A DNA stretch of 64,000 bases from a virus. The stretch is from positions 1 to 64,000 of IMG/VR virus record IMGVR_UViG_3300044710_000137. One strand, written 5' to 3'. A program made the position numbers and the translations under genes. Shown in pieces: positions 1 through 8,902 of this stretch. How positions within the stretch are numbered: the stretch's first letter is position 1; the number at the start of each line of letters is the position of its first letter. The notes beneath the pieces are model-generated. The model saw only the letters and a list, made by a program, of their open reading frames with translations, was not told the DNA's origin and did no database searches.

Positions 1-2
1 TC

Positions 3-350
3 ACCGCCGCGCTCGGCTCCCTCGGCCCCTTAATCGCCAAAGCCGCTAGCGGACTCATCAACGTAGCCGAAGCCTACCTGCCCAAAGGAACCAAGCTCGA
101 CGCTGTTCTCGCCGGCGTGGAGGCGTTCCTCGCTCCGCTCGGGACCTCCGGCGCCATTCAACAGACGGTGCCCACCACGACACAGCTTTCCTCGACCATT
201 GAAGGCGTGCTCGCCAAGATGAAAGCCGACGGGACGTTGGTTCCAGCCCTCAGCGGGCTTTCGACCACTGCACCCTCCACGGCTTCGCCGGCAGCGATCG
301 GCACTGGGCAGACCGTCAATCTTCCAATCAAAATCAGCTTCGGCGTCTAA
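3..350 (+). CDS. Hypothetical protein, 5'-truncated (lysis region)
   Basis: Frame open from window start to TAA at 350; directly upstream of holin-like gene. Confidence 0.6.
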   Translation, partial: TAALGSLGPLIAKAASGLINVAEAYLPKGTKLDAVLAGVEAFLAPLGTSGAIQQTVPTTTQLSSTIEGVLAKMKADGTLVPALSGLSTTAPSTASPAAIGTGQTVNLPIKISFGV

Positions 351-359
351 GGAAACTCT

Positions 360-602
360 ATGCTACCGAACTTCAAAGTGCTTCTCGTCAAATCGTTTCT
401 CTCGCGGATCGTGAAAGATCCGAACGTGGCCAGCAACGTAGTGGGCACCGTTTTGGTTTTGGTCCTCGGGGCCAATCTGGACTTTTCCAAGATCTTCGCG
501 GGCGACCCCACCGAAATAGGGAAGGCCGTGGGAATAGCTTGTGGTGGTGTCCTATCGTACTACGTCGGTAAGGGAAAGCCCGAAGCTAAACCGGCGTCGT
601 GA
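360..602 (+). CDS. Putative holin
   Basis: 80 aa, two hydrophobic segments, basic C-terminus, AAGGA SD, adjacent to endolysin. Confidence 0.6.
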   Translation: MLPNFKVLLVKSFLSRIVKDPNVASNVVGTVLVLVLGANLDFSKIFAGDPTEIGKAVGIACGGVLSYYVGKGKPEAKPAS

Positions 603-664
603 CCCGCCGCTGGCTCCTGTTATTTCTTTCCTGGCTGGCAACGGCGGCCGCACATCGCCGCGTT

Positions 665-695
665 CCAGCCACCAGCCACGAACCACCAACCACCG
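665..695 (+). repeat. Heptamer tandem array (CCAGCCA-type)
   Basis: ccagcca ccagcca cgaacca ccaacca ccg, 5 nt before ATG 701. Confidence 0.85.
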
Positions 696-700
696 ATCTC

Positions 701-1180
701 ATGTCCTTCTATACCGAAGTCATCCAAAAAGACCCGCGATTTCATTGGACCCAGGAATGTCGCGACCTCGCGCTTCTGGAGCCCGTCACCAGGGCTGCCG
801 TAAAGTCCATTATCAGAGATGCCTTCGCCATGGGCATCGACCTCATTGCGACCGAAACCTACCGTTCATCGGAACGTCAGCAGCTTCTCTTTGCGCAGCG
901 TGCAACCACACTGCGCACAGTCGGATGCCACCACTACGGTTTGGCCTGCGATTTTTGCAAGATCATTGGCGGCGAAGCGAGCTGGGCGGGCGATTGGTCG
1001 TTCCTCGGACGTCTTGCGGAAAAGTACGGGATGATCGGTGGAATCGACTGGGGGTTGCCGGGCGTGAAACACGATTTCGTGGATCCGGATCACATCCAAA
1101 GATGCACAATTGCCCAGGAAGACGGTTTGTTCGCGGGCACGTTCTATCCGTCCGATCCGAGCGACAGTGTGAACGTTTAA
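701..1180 (+). CDS. Endolysin, M15 family L-Ala-D-Glu/D-Ala-D-Ala peptidase
   Basis: TYRSxERQ, HHYGLACDF and DWG...DPDHIQ Zn-peptidase motifs; start moved to ATG 701. Confidence 0.85.
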   Translation: MSFYTEVIQKDPRFHWTQECRDLALLEPVTRAAVKSIIRDAFAMGIDLIATETYRSSERQQLLFAQRATTLRTVGCHHYGLACDFCKIIGGEASWAGDWSFLGRLAEKYGMIGGIDWGLPGVKHDFVDPDHIQRCTIAQEDGLFAGTFYPSDPSDSVNV

Positions 1181-1200
1181 CTGTTCAGATGTTTAGTCTT

Positions 1201-1290
1201 TGGCGAGCTTCGAGCTATTAATGCCCGCGTTCACCGGGCCAATGGGTGAGCGCTTCTCTGCCGCGCACCTCCATCCGCATTCCCGGCTGG
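1201..1290 (-). repeat. Family B element
   Basis: TGGCGAGCTTCGAGC..GCCCGCG..CGGGCCAATGGGTGAGCG..GCCGCGCA..CCGCATTCCCGG on + strand. Confidence 0.9.
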
Positions 1291-1316
1291 GGTGAGTGCG
1301 GCGCTTCCGCCACGTC

Positions 1317-1347
1317 CCAGCCACCAGCCACCGACCACCAGCCACCG
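1317..1347 (+). repeat. Heptamer tandem array
   Basis: ccagcca ccagcca ccgacca ccagcca ccg, 5 nt before ATG 1353. Confidence 0.85.
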
Positions 1348-1352
1348 CTCTA

Positions 1353-1847
1353 ATGGCCACCGATTCTCCATTTGTCCAAGTCCCCGTCGGCACGCCCATG
1401 TTCAATGTGGGCGCGGCAGCCGAGCCAAATACCGCCAATCTCTGCCGTACGTGGATCTTATTTTTTCAGGCCTTAGCCGGCTTGCTTGCCGAGTTAGGGC
1501 CGCTCATCGGGTTCTCGATTGTTTCGGGCGTGGAAGCGGTTAACGCCAGCCTTTACTATCCGGCGAGGTTTACGGGGACGGCGGATGTCGTGGTAGTTGT
1601 GGTCACGGCTTCAGACCCAAGTATTCCCTTGACGTTCGACATCTTCCAAAACGGGGTTTCCATCTTTGCAGTTTTACCAACCATTCCAGCAGGAGCATTA
1701 CCAGGAACAGTTTTTGAATTCGACGACTTGGTAACCCAACCATTGGAAATTCAGTACAACGATGTTTTCAATATGGGAATAAGCAGTGGATCTTCCTCAT
1801 GGCAATTCGTTGCAGTAGTCGAAACGTCGGAAGACAACACTACTTAG
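1353..1847 (+). CDS. Putative virion structural protein
   Basis: Beta-rich ORF in structural operon; start at ATG 1353 because the upstream extension is repeat sequence. Confidence 0.6.
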   Translation: MATDSPFVQVPVGTPMFNVGAAAEPNTANLCRTWILFFQALAGLLAELGPLIGFSIVSGVEAVNASLYYPARFTGTADVVVVVVTASDPSIPLTFDIFQNGVSIFAVLPTIPAGALPGTVFEFDDLVTQPLEIQYNDVFNMGISSGSSSWQFVAVVETSEDNTT

Positions 1848-1851
1848 TCTC

Positions 1852-1937
1852 CGGCGAGCTTCGAGCGTTTGATGCCCGCGCACACCGGGCAAATGGGTAA
1901 GCGCTCCCCTGTTGCGCACCTCCTACCGCATGCCCGA
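1852..1937 (-). repeat. Family B element
   Basis: CGGCGAGCTTCGAGC..GCCCGCG..CGGGCAAATGGGTAAGCG..CCGCATGCCCG. Confidence 0.9.
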
Positions 1938-1967
1938 GCCGCCCTGATCGCAACGCTGTCGCCACGC

Positions 1968-2001
1968 CCACCGATCACCAGCCACCAACCACCAGCCACC
2001 G
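1968..2001 (+). repeat. Heptamer tandem array
   Basis: C-rich 7-nt period ending CCACCG, 5 nt before ATG 2007. Confidence 0.8.
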
Positions 2002-2006
2002 ATCTT

Positions 2007-2111
2007 ATGTGCAATTGCGCCAAATGCCACCGCTGCGGCGGACCCGCCAAGGCCACCATGAACGGACGGCCCGTGTGCCTGCCGTGCATGAAAAAGGCCC
2101 AGGGTAAGTGA
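2007..2111 (+). CDS. 34-aa Cys-rich (Zn-ribbon-like) peptide
   Basis: CxxC...CxxC; GTGA overlap with next gene. Confidence 0.5.
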   Translation: MCNCAKCHRCGGPAKATMNGRPVCLPCMKKAQGK

Positions 2112-3460
2112 GCGTCGATCTCTTCTCGCCGCTCCTCAACGGCTGGGATAACGGGACCATTTGCACGAACGGACCGTACAGCGCATACTCTCCGCAGCAG
2201 TCCACTTACTACGCCTCGGGGGCGTTCACTCAATCGCTCTCGACAGACGGCGCCGGGATAGGCAGCCTTCCGGGGCAACTGGAAGTGTGGGGCTGGACCG
2301 ACCCGCAACCGCTGTTTGGATATGCCTTTTCGTCTCCTCTTACCGGCGGGGGAACCAGCGGAATCGTCTCGTGGACGATAGAAGGGTCGAACGACCTTGG
2401 CGTCACTTGGACAGTGGTAGACAGCCAGAGCGGCGAGACGGCATTCACCGTGAACGCCGTTATCAATCAGATCTTCTATTACCCCCGCAATACGACGCCC
2501 TACGCGCGGTACCGGGCGAACATCAGCGCCAACGGCGGCAATGGCAGCCTCACCCAGGTCGGCCAATTGATCCTGTTCGCCAGCGGCGTTCAAATCCAGG
2601 TGTATTGCCAGAGTGGCGGAAATCCCGCTCCGGGTGGCGGCACGGCCTCGGTTTTCCCGCTCCAGGCTATCTCGCCCGGTTCGGGTTCCGTCCCGGTGGC
2701 CTTCGGCACATTCAGCCTCCCGGATAATTTCCCCAGCATCATCTCCGCGCAGTTCTCCTGCCAGATCGCCTGCCAGAACCTGACGGGCACTATAGGCGGC
2801 CATTCGGGCACTACCGAAGGCGAGTGCCAAGCGGCTGCGGCGGTGGGCTCGCCGCCCAACCAAATGTATTATTCCCTCGGGGCGTTTCGCGCCGCAATCG
2901 GCGTCGATGTCGTGGATCTCATCGCGGCCTCCACCCCAGCGTATAGCTCTACCAATCCCGCGCTGCAAATCCTGCAATGCTCGCTCTCTTACCCGGCCGG
3001 CAACTTCCCGTCGGACTGGTACCTCGATTGGCCCAGCCTCACTATTGGCGTTGCGTTCGATCCCACGTCTTCGGCGAGCCCGGTAACCACGGACGGCTCG
3101 ACGACCATCACCAACGCCTGCTGGACGCTGGTCCTGAACTTCGCGGCGGATTGCCCAAATCCCTGTTTCTCCGTGGGAGTCTTCTACTCCGGCGGATTCC
3201 AGATCGCGGGCGGTACAGCTCCGTACCAAGTAGAAATTCTCGACGGGGAACCTCCTCCAGGTCTATCGCTTGACGCCTCAACCGGAGACATCAGCGGCGT
3301 TCCTACCATGGCAGGCAGCTACGGGATGCTTCTCCAAATCACGGATTCGTCGGTCCCTCCAAACGAACTGACGCTGTGCTGCTGCATGGTCGGGGGAAAT
3401 CCCTGCGCGGGCGGTGGGGGCGGCAGCGGCGCTTCGGCGAACGCCGGCTTTACAGGTTAA
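2108..3460 (+). CDS. Virion/tail protein with discoidin-like and C-terminal Ig-like (He_PIG) domains
   Basis: SWTIEGSND..W and YRANIS discoidin-like motifs; GGTAPY..PPGLSLDASTGDISGVPT Ig repeat. Confidence 0.7.
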   Translation: MSVDLFSPLLNGWDNGTICTNGPYSAYSPQQSTYYASGAFTQSLSTDGAGIGSLPGQLEVWGWTDPQPLFGYAFSSPLTGGGTSGIVSWTIEGSNDLGVTWTVVDSQSGETAFTVNAVINQIFYYPRNTTPYARYRANISANGGNGSLTQVGQLILFASGVQIQVYCQSGGNPAPGGGTASVFPLQAISPGSGSVPVAFGTFSLPDNFPSIISAQFSCQIACQNLTGTIGGHSGTTEGECQAAAAVGSPPNQMYYSLGAFRAAIGVDVVDLIAASTPAYSSTNPALQILQCSLSYPAGNFPSDWYLDWPSLTIGVAFDPTSSASPVTTDGSTTITNACWTLVLNFAADCPNPCFSVGVFYSGGFQIAGGTAPYQVEILDGEPPPGLSLDASTGDISGVPTMAGSYGMLLQITDSSVPPNELTLCCCMVGGNPCAGGGGGSGASANAGFTG

Positions 3461-3463
3461 GGG

Positions 3464-4621
3464 ATGCCATCGATCAGGGGATTCGGACCGTCCAATCCGT
3501 TCGGCGGCTACACCCTTTCATGGCCTTCGGGCACGCTTGCGGCCGATCTGGCCATCATCTTCGTCTGCGCCAACTCCGGATCGGCGATTCCATTGCCGAG
3601 CGGCTGGACCAGCCGGTACGCCGTAAATAACGCAAACATCAGCGCCCTCTGTGCAACGAAGGTACTGAATTCCACGGATATCAGCGCGGGCAGCGTCTCC
3701 CTTTCGATCACCGCGGCTTGGGGCGGCGCTCAAATCGTCACCATCATTGGCGCTCCGGCGATCCGGGAGACGGACGGCGATTCGCAAAGTCCACCGGCCG
3801 GCGTTACCGCGGATTCCGTAACCACCTCGAGCGCGGTCCAAAACGGGGACGTGGCCATCAGCTTCGGCTTCGGCGGCGAAGGTGCGGGAAATTTCCCGTT
3901 TATCTATCCTCCGGGGTCTGTTCTCCAGTCCGCTGGCTACAATTACGCCTGCGCTTCCATGAGCGCCCAAACGATGTTTGGCGGCGTGGCCACTCTTAAC
4001 TGGACATTTCAGCCCAGCGTACCGGTTTACTCGGCTGTTGTAGCTGTGATTCTGGAAGCCTCGCTATCTCTCTCTCTGGCCGGTATGCCGACAGAGGGGT
4101 ATCTGGCTCCCTATACAGGCGTCATGGCGGGACTCGGCGGCACGGGTCCATACACGTACTCCGCCACCGGATTGCCGGCGGGTTTGACCCTGAATACCGC
4201 GACGGGGCAGGTCACGGGAACGCCCACTACAGTAGGCAGCGATCCCTACACCGCTACGGTGACCGACAGCCTGAGCAACACGGCTACGGCCACGGGCGCC
4301 ATCGTCATTTATGCGAGCCAGCTCACAGCCTCGCCCCCGACCCAATGCTTTACCGTGGACACTCCCTACACGAGCGGGTTCACGATATCGGGAGGCGCTT
4401 CGCCTTATTCGGTGACGATCCTGGATGGACAGTTGCCCCCCGGACTTTTGTTGGATGCGACGACAGGCGCCGTTACGGGAACGCCAACGTCGGGGGGGAT
4501 TTATTGCGCGTACATTCAAATTACAGACTCGTCCACGCCGCCGCAAACGCTTGACGATCTGCTCTGCATGATCGGCGGGAATCCATGCGGGGGATATATT
4601 AATACCGGGTGGACGGGATGA
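3464..4621 (+). CDS. Virion/tail protein with two Ig-like (He_PIG) repeats
   Basis: GLPAGLTLNTATGQVTGTPT and LPPGLLLDATTGAVTGTPT. Confidence 0.75.
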   Translation: MPSIRGFGPSNPFGGYTLSWPSGTLAADLAIIFVCANSGSAIPLPSGWTSRYAVNNANISALCATKVLNSTDISAGSVSLSITAAWGGAQIVTIIGAPAIRETDGDSQSPPAGVTADSVTTSSAVQNGDVAISFGFGGEGAGNFPFIYPPGSVLQSAGYNYACASMSAQTMFGGVATLNWTFQPSVPVYSAVVAVILEASLSLSLAGMPTEGYLAPYTGVMAGLGGTGPYTYSATGLPAGLTLNTATGQVTGTPTTVGSDPYTATVTDSLSNTATATGAIVIYASQLTASPPTQCFTVDTPYTSGFTISGGASPYSVTILDGQLPPGLLLDATTGAVTGTPTSGGIYCAYIQITDSSTPPQTLDDLLCMIGGNPCGGYINTGWTG

Positions 4622-5103
4622 CATTTGAGCGCACGCGGGATATGGATGTGGTCCGGGAGATCATTACCCACCCCCGAATCTGGCCAAATGTTATCGACGA
4701 CTTCTCCCCGCCGCGCGAAGAGTTTCAGCCCATCGCTTCGGAATCCATTCTGTACATTCTGCCGAAAGAAGACGAGCGGGTCCTTGGCGTAATCTGTTTC
4801 GCCATGCTGAGCCATATCGTTTTCGAGATCCATCCGGTGTTATTGCCGGAGACCTGGTGGGAGTTTGGAAAGGCTAAAGAAGCCACGCTGGGCGCGATGG
4901 ATTGGATCTGGAAGAACACGGATTGCCAGCGGATTGTGGGATATGTACCCCTGCTTAGGCATCGGACTAAATTAAGGTTTCCTCCTAAATTGGGGATGGT
5001 TCAGTACGGTGTTAATCCGAAGAGTTTCTTGAAGGGTGGGGTTCTTGTCGATCAGGTCATGTTTGGCTTAAGTAGACCGGAGAATATCAAAATCAGTGTT
5101 TGA
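4618..5103 (+). CDS. P22 gp14-like (DUF2824, GNAT-fold) head assembly protein
   Basis: MTFERTRDMDVVREIITHPRIW resembles gp14 N-terminus; syntenic upstream of ejection genes. Confidence 0.75.
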   Translation: MTFERTRDMDVVREIITHPRIWPNVIDDFSPPREEFQPIASESILYILPKEDERVLGVICFAMLSHIVFEIHPVLLPETWWEFGKAKEATLGAMDWIWKNTDCQRIVGYVPLLRHRTKLRFPPKLGMVQYGVNPKSFLKGGVLVDQVMFGLSRPENIKISV

Positions 5104-5137
5104 TGCCGCGCCGGTCAGTCCTGCCCGGCGCTGGTAG
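5097..5137 (-). repeat. Family A hairpin element
   Basis: CTACCA GC-GCCGG G CAG GA CTG A CCGGC-GC GGCATCAAAC. Confidence 0.9.
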
Positions 5138-5143
5138 AAGCCT

Positions 5144-5386
5144 TCACCACACATCTTCGCTAAAAAGGGAATGCTTTCGGGTCTTGGTCTGTCCCGCATC
5201 GAACGCAAGCGCACCAGCTTGGAACCTGTCGAGAAAGTCGCCGGCATCGGTAACAAAGCCCTGCTCCTCTTGCGGAATCTTTTCCGCGCGCCCAAGATGC
5301 TTCCACACATCGCGCATGATCGCGGCGTGGCTGCTGCCGGTATAAATCCTGCCCTTGTGGCGAATAGCCGCATGCGCTACGAACAC
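5144..5386 (-). CDS. Small conserved phage hypothetical (cargo between two A elements)
   Basis: QGFVT..F.DR..A..A...GQ...LFSEDVW pattern; antisense to the operon. Confidence 0.7.
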   Translation of the reverse strand: MFVAHAAIRHKGRIYTGSSHAAIMRDVWKHLGRAEKIPQEEQGFVTDAGDFLDRFQAGALAFDAGQTKTRKHSLFSEDVW

Positions 5387-5395
5387 ACCCAGATT

Positions 5396-5440
5396 CTACC
5401 AGCGCGGGACGCGGCTGCGGCACGCGCGGCAACAACAACT
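5396..5440 (+). repeat. Family A hairpin element
   Basis: CTACCA GC-GCGGG A CGC GGCT GCG G CACGC-GC GGCAACAAC. Confidence 0.9.
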
Positions 5441-5472
5441 GATTTTCTTCTTTCACTTCCAGGAATAATTCT

Positions 5473-6384
5473 ATGGCAGCAGGCGCACTCATCGGCGGAA
5501 TAGGCAGTTTAATCGGCGGAGCTATCGGTTCAAATGCCGCCTCAACCGCCGGTGGAATCCTCGGCAACGCAGGCAACACCGCTGCCACGAATATCACCGG
5601 CGCAGGACAGACAGCCATCGGTGGCTTAACAGCTCCTACTCAATCCGCCCAGCAAGGCGTTACGCCGTACACCCAAGCCGGAGCCCAGGGCATCAGCACG
5701 CTGGCCGCCGCGCTCGGTCCAAACGGATCGGCCACCAAAGCCCTAAGCACACCGTTCAGTTTCAATCCCAGCGATCTACAGAACACTCCCGGCTATCAAT
5801 TTCAATTGCAGCAAGGCCTTCAGGCTAACAAGAACGCCATGACCGCCGGGGGATTAGGTGGTTCGGGAGCAGCCGTCAAAGGCGCGAACAACTACGCCAC
5901 GGGTTTGGCGGGAACGTACTTCCAAAACGCCTACGCGAACGCAAACAACACCTACCAGGTGAACCGCCAGAACACGCTGTATCAACTTTCCGCCTTGCAA
6001 AACCTCGCGGGAACCGGCCTCCAGTCCTCGGAGTACTCCGGCAATGTCGGATTGCAATCGGCAACTCAAGCCGGAAACTGGGGCATCGGCTCGCAAGAAG
6101 CCGCCATGCAAGCTTACATGACAGGCCAGCAAGGCGTGGCCGCGGGCGTCATAGGCAGTGCGAATGCCTGGAACCAGGCTCTCGGCGGGGTAGCAAATAG
6201 CGCAAATAGCCTGTCCTCCTTGAACTCGATGTACGGAGGGGGCGGAGTATTCGGCGGTGGATCGGGAAGTATGGGCGGGGGATGGGGTAATGATATTGCT
6301 CCTGTGATGCCTGGAAGTGGAAGCTATTCTAGTTCAACTGGGATGGGGGGAAACCCTTGGAGCACGTATAGTGGGGCTTTCTAG
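5473..6384 (+). CDS. DNA ejection protein, P22 gp7-like
   Basis: Gly/Ala-rich N-terminus, TPGYQFQLQQG motif, position after gp14-like gene. Confidence 0.75.
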   Translation: MAAGALIGGIGSLIGGAIGSNAASTAGGILGNAGNTAATNITGAGQTAIGGLTAPTQSAQQGVTPYTQAGAQGISTLAAALGPNGSATKALSTPFSFNPSDLQNTPGYQFQLQQGLQANKNAMTAGGLGGSGAAVKGANNYATGLAGTYFQNAYANANNTYQVNRQNTLYQLSALQNLAGTGLQSSEYSGNVGLQSATQAGNWGIGSQEAAMQAYMTGQQGVAAGVIGSANAWNQALGGVANSANSLSSLNSMYGGGGVFGGGSGSMGGGWGNDIAPVMPGSGSYSSSTGMGGNPWSTYSGAF

Positions 6385-6716
6385 AAAAGCAAAATCATTA
6401 TAAGTTGGTGAGCCTCGGAAGCTAAGGCCGCCAGCCTCTCACTTGGCAAATGGGTGAGCGAGTCAGTGCCGCGCACCCTTGGCCGCAGGGTTCTGATGGA
6501 CACAGGTAGCCGCACCTTCTCCACGGCGACAGGCTCTCTGTGTTTGGCGATGAAGCGCGCGGACCGCAATTGTTCTTTGCATGCCCCTCTGGGCAGGTCC
6601 GTCAGCCACTCCATCAAATCGAGAAAGTTCTCGAAGTCGTGTCGCGAGAAGTCCCAACAATCGCGCAACTCCTGACGGGTGTAATCCCGCGTCAGATCGA
6701 CGGTCTTGATGGGCAC
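6381..6716 (-). CDS. Hypothetical cargo gene between two B elements (C-terminus runs through a B element)
   Basis: Antisense ORF between ejection genes. Confidence 0.5.
   Translation of the reverse strand: MPIKTVDLTRDYTRQELRDCWDFSRHDFENFLDLMEWLTDLPRGACKEQLRSARFIAKHREPVAVEKVRLPVSIRTLRPRVRGTDSLTHLPSERLAALASEAHQLIMILLF
6406..6490 (-). repeat. Family B element
   Basis: TGGTGAGCCTCGGAAGC..GGCAAATGGGTGAGCG..GCCGCGCACCCTTGGCCGCA. Confidence 0.85.
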
Positions 6717-6773
6717 AGCCCCACTTTACCATTCCTAGCCAAGTAGGAATCCAACTTTAGCGCTGATGTGACC

Positions 6774-6853
6774 ACCAGCGGAAGCGTCACGCCACCCAAG
6801 ACGCGCTCAGCTCCGAGAGTCACGCGCGATCACCAGCAATTCAAAGCTCACAA
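6774..6853 (+). repeat. Family B element (ACCAGCGGAA subtype)
   Basis: ACCAGCGGAA..GCTCAGCTCCG..AAAGCTCACAA; similar to 28761 copy. Confidence 0.7.
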
Positions 6854-6880
6854 GCTAAGCATCATTCAAAAGGACCCACA

Positions 6881-8902
6881 ATGGGCGGATACGCAACCAT
6901 CCCTCTATCAGGTATTGCTCCTCAAATTCAAACTCCAACTCAAGCTCTACAAGGAGCCGCAGGAGTAGGAAGCACAGTAGCGGATACCCGTCTGCGTCAG
7001 CAGCAGGCGGAACAAATCGCGTTACAGAACCAGCAATTGCAAATCCAGTTGCAAGGCCAGCAGGCCATGACGCAGGCCTGGAGAAACGTCAACGGCCTCG
7101 GTCCTGGAACATCCGATGGATCGCAGGCCCCCGTGACACCACAACAGACCCCGCCCGTTGCCGCGGCAGCACCCACAACTCCAGGGCAGCTATCCGGCGC
7201 GCCCGTGCCTTTATCCGCGGTACCGGGTCTCACCACGCCTGTACCGACCTCGATGGCGCCCTCCGGCGCAGCTCCGGCCGGCGCGATGCCGCTTTCCCAG
7301 GAAGCCTCGACCATGGGTCAAGGTGCTCCCGCTCCAGCCCTACAAGGCGCTCCCATGCAAGCCCCTCCTGGCCAGCCTCAGGGCGCTCAGGCCCCAGCAG
7401 CTCAACCCACAAAGCCCATCACCACGGGCGCTCCCATAATGGACCGCTGGTTCGCCGAAATGCAAAGGCTGGGCGTCCCTCCCCAGATGATTATGGCGGC
7501 CCAGACCAACACCGTCAACTACCTGAAGGACCGCGCCGCGCTCGACGCCGACACACTGAAAAATAGCGCCGCGCAACACGACATGGCCTCAGGTGCGTGG
7601 ACCTCGTTCGCACAGCAGCCCATCGACTATAAGGCGCAAAACGAACAGGATTTCGTGAACAACCAGGTGCGCCAGGGTAATATCACGGTGCAACAGGCGC
7701 GCAACTTGGGAAGCCTCTATTCTCCCAATATGACCCCGGAACAGGAAAAGGCGGCGGATCAAAAATTCAACGCGATCGCCAGCCTCTACCTAAGCGCAAG
7801 CCAATTGGACCAGCGTGCCGAGCGGATGGGCACCGCGGCCCGCGGCCAAGGTTATGCCGCCGAAGCCGCCCTCAAACAGAACCAGGCCGAAAACCAGCAG
7901 GCCGCGGCGACGTTCCCGAGCGATCCTACCCAATTACCGCAATACCTCAGCTCGCAACCCTCCCGGATTCAAACCATGCTGGCAGGCAAATCCTACGCGG
8001 ACGCCAACGCCATCATGCAGAGGATTGCCCTGCCGCCGGCGGATTACGCCAAGCAGGTTCAACAGCAGACCGCCGCCGATTGGGATCAAGCGCTGAAAGC
8101 CGCGAAGGCCGGTGAATCGCAATACAATACGGTTCTCCAAAAGCTCGCCATCACTAATCCCGACGTCCGCGCCAATCTCCCGGATACGTGGGATCCCAGT
8201 ACGCCCAAGAAGGTGCTCGATCTCGCATTGAATCCGGCGCAGAGTCAAGCGGCCGGCAATCAGGACGCCAACCGCGACCAGCGCGCCGATGCCGCTGCCG
8301 ATCGGGCGCAAGCCGCCGCAGAGCGTGCCGAACGCTCCGGCCAACCCACGCCGTACCAGATACAGCAGGAAACCCGCCAAGACCTCGCCGCTAAGAACAA
8401 AGCCGACGCCGCAGCACTGACGGCCCAGAACCTCAACCGGCAATACAGCATCGCGGCCGCCACGCCCTCCGGAGCCATCTACCGCGACCCTAAAAGCGGC
8501 GTTCAGCGGACCATGCCGCCAAACGACGACAAGGGAACCAATACAGTGAGAGAGGGATTACTGGATAGCGGCGAAACCGCACGTCAACAGGCCGAAGAAG
8601 CGCTGGCTACCTCTAATGAACTGCAAGCCAAGCATGGCTGGGGCAAGTACGGCGCGCCTCCGTCGCCCACTCCGCCTACTCCAACCACCCCTCCTACCCC
8701 TACTCCCACCCCAACAAAGCCGCCGCAGGGCAGCGCTGCTTCAGCAACAGGCACGCCAAGGCCTGGGGCGCAGCGCGGCGGTCCGCAAGGACAGAACGCC
8801 CCTCCAGCCAGCGTTATCGCCAAAGTAGCCGAGGGCCAAACTTTCTACGGCCCGGACGGTAAAGCCTGGAAGAAGGTCAACGGTAAAGCCGTCGCCCAAT
8901 AA
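6881..8902 (+). CDS. DNA ejection protein, P22 gp20-position
   Basis: 673 aa Gln/Ala/Pro-rich helical protein between gp7-like gene and giant gene; AAGGA SD. Confidence 0.65.
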   Translation: MGGYATIPLSGIAPQIQTPTQALQGAAGVGSTVADTRLRQQQAEQIALQNQQLQIQLQGQQAMTQAWRNVNGLGPGTSDGSQAPVTPQQTPPVAAAAPTTPGQLSGAPVPLSAVPGLTTPVPTSMAPSGAAPAGAMPLSQEASTMGQGAPAPALQGAPMQAPPGQPQGAQAPAAQPTKPITTGAPIMDRWFAEMQRLGVPPQMIMAAQTNTVNYLKDRAALDADTLKNSAAQHDMASGAWTSFAQQPIDYKAQNEQDFVNNQVRQGNITVQQARNLGSLYSPNMTPEQEKAADQKFNAIASLYLSASQLDQRAERMGTAARGQGYAAEAALKQNQAENQQAAATFPSDPTQLPQYLSSQPSRIQTMLAGKSYADANAIMQRIALPPADYAKQVQQQTAADWDQALKAAKAGESQYNTVLQKLAITNPDVRANLPDTWDPSTPKKVLDLALNPAQSQAAGNQDANRDQRADAAADRAQAAAERAERSGQPTPYQIQQETRQDLAAKNKADAAALTAQNLNRQYSIAAATPSGAIYRDPKSGVQRTMPPNDDKGTNTVREGLLDSGETARQQAEEALATSNELQAKHGWGKYGAPPSPTPPTPTTPPTPTPTPTKPPQGSAASATGTPRPGAQRGGPQGQNAPPASVIAKVAEGQTFYGPDGKAWKKVNGKAVAQ

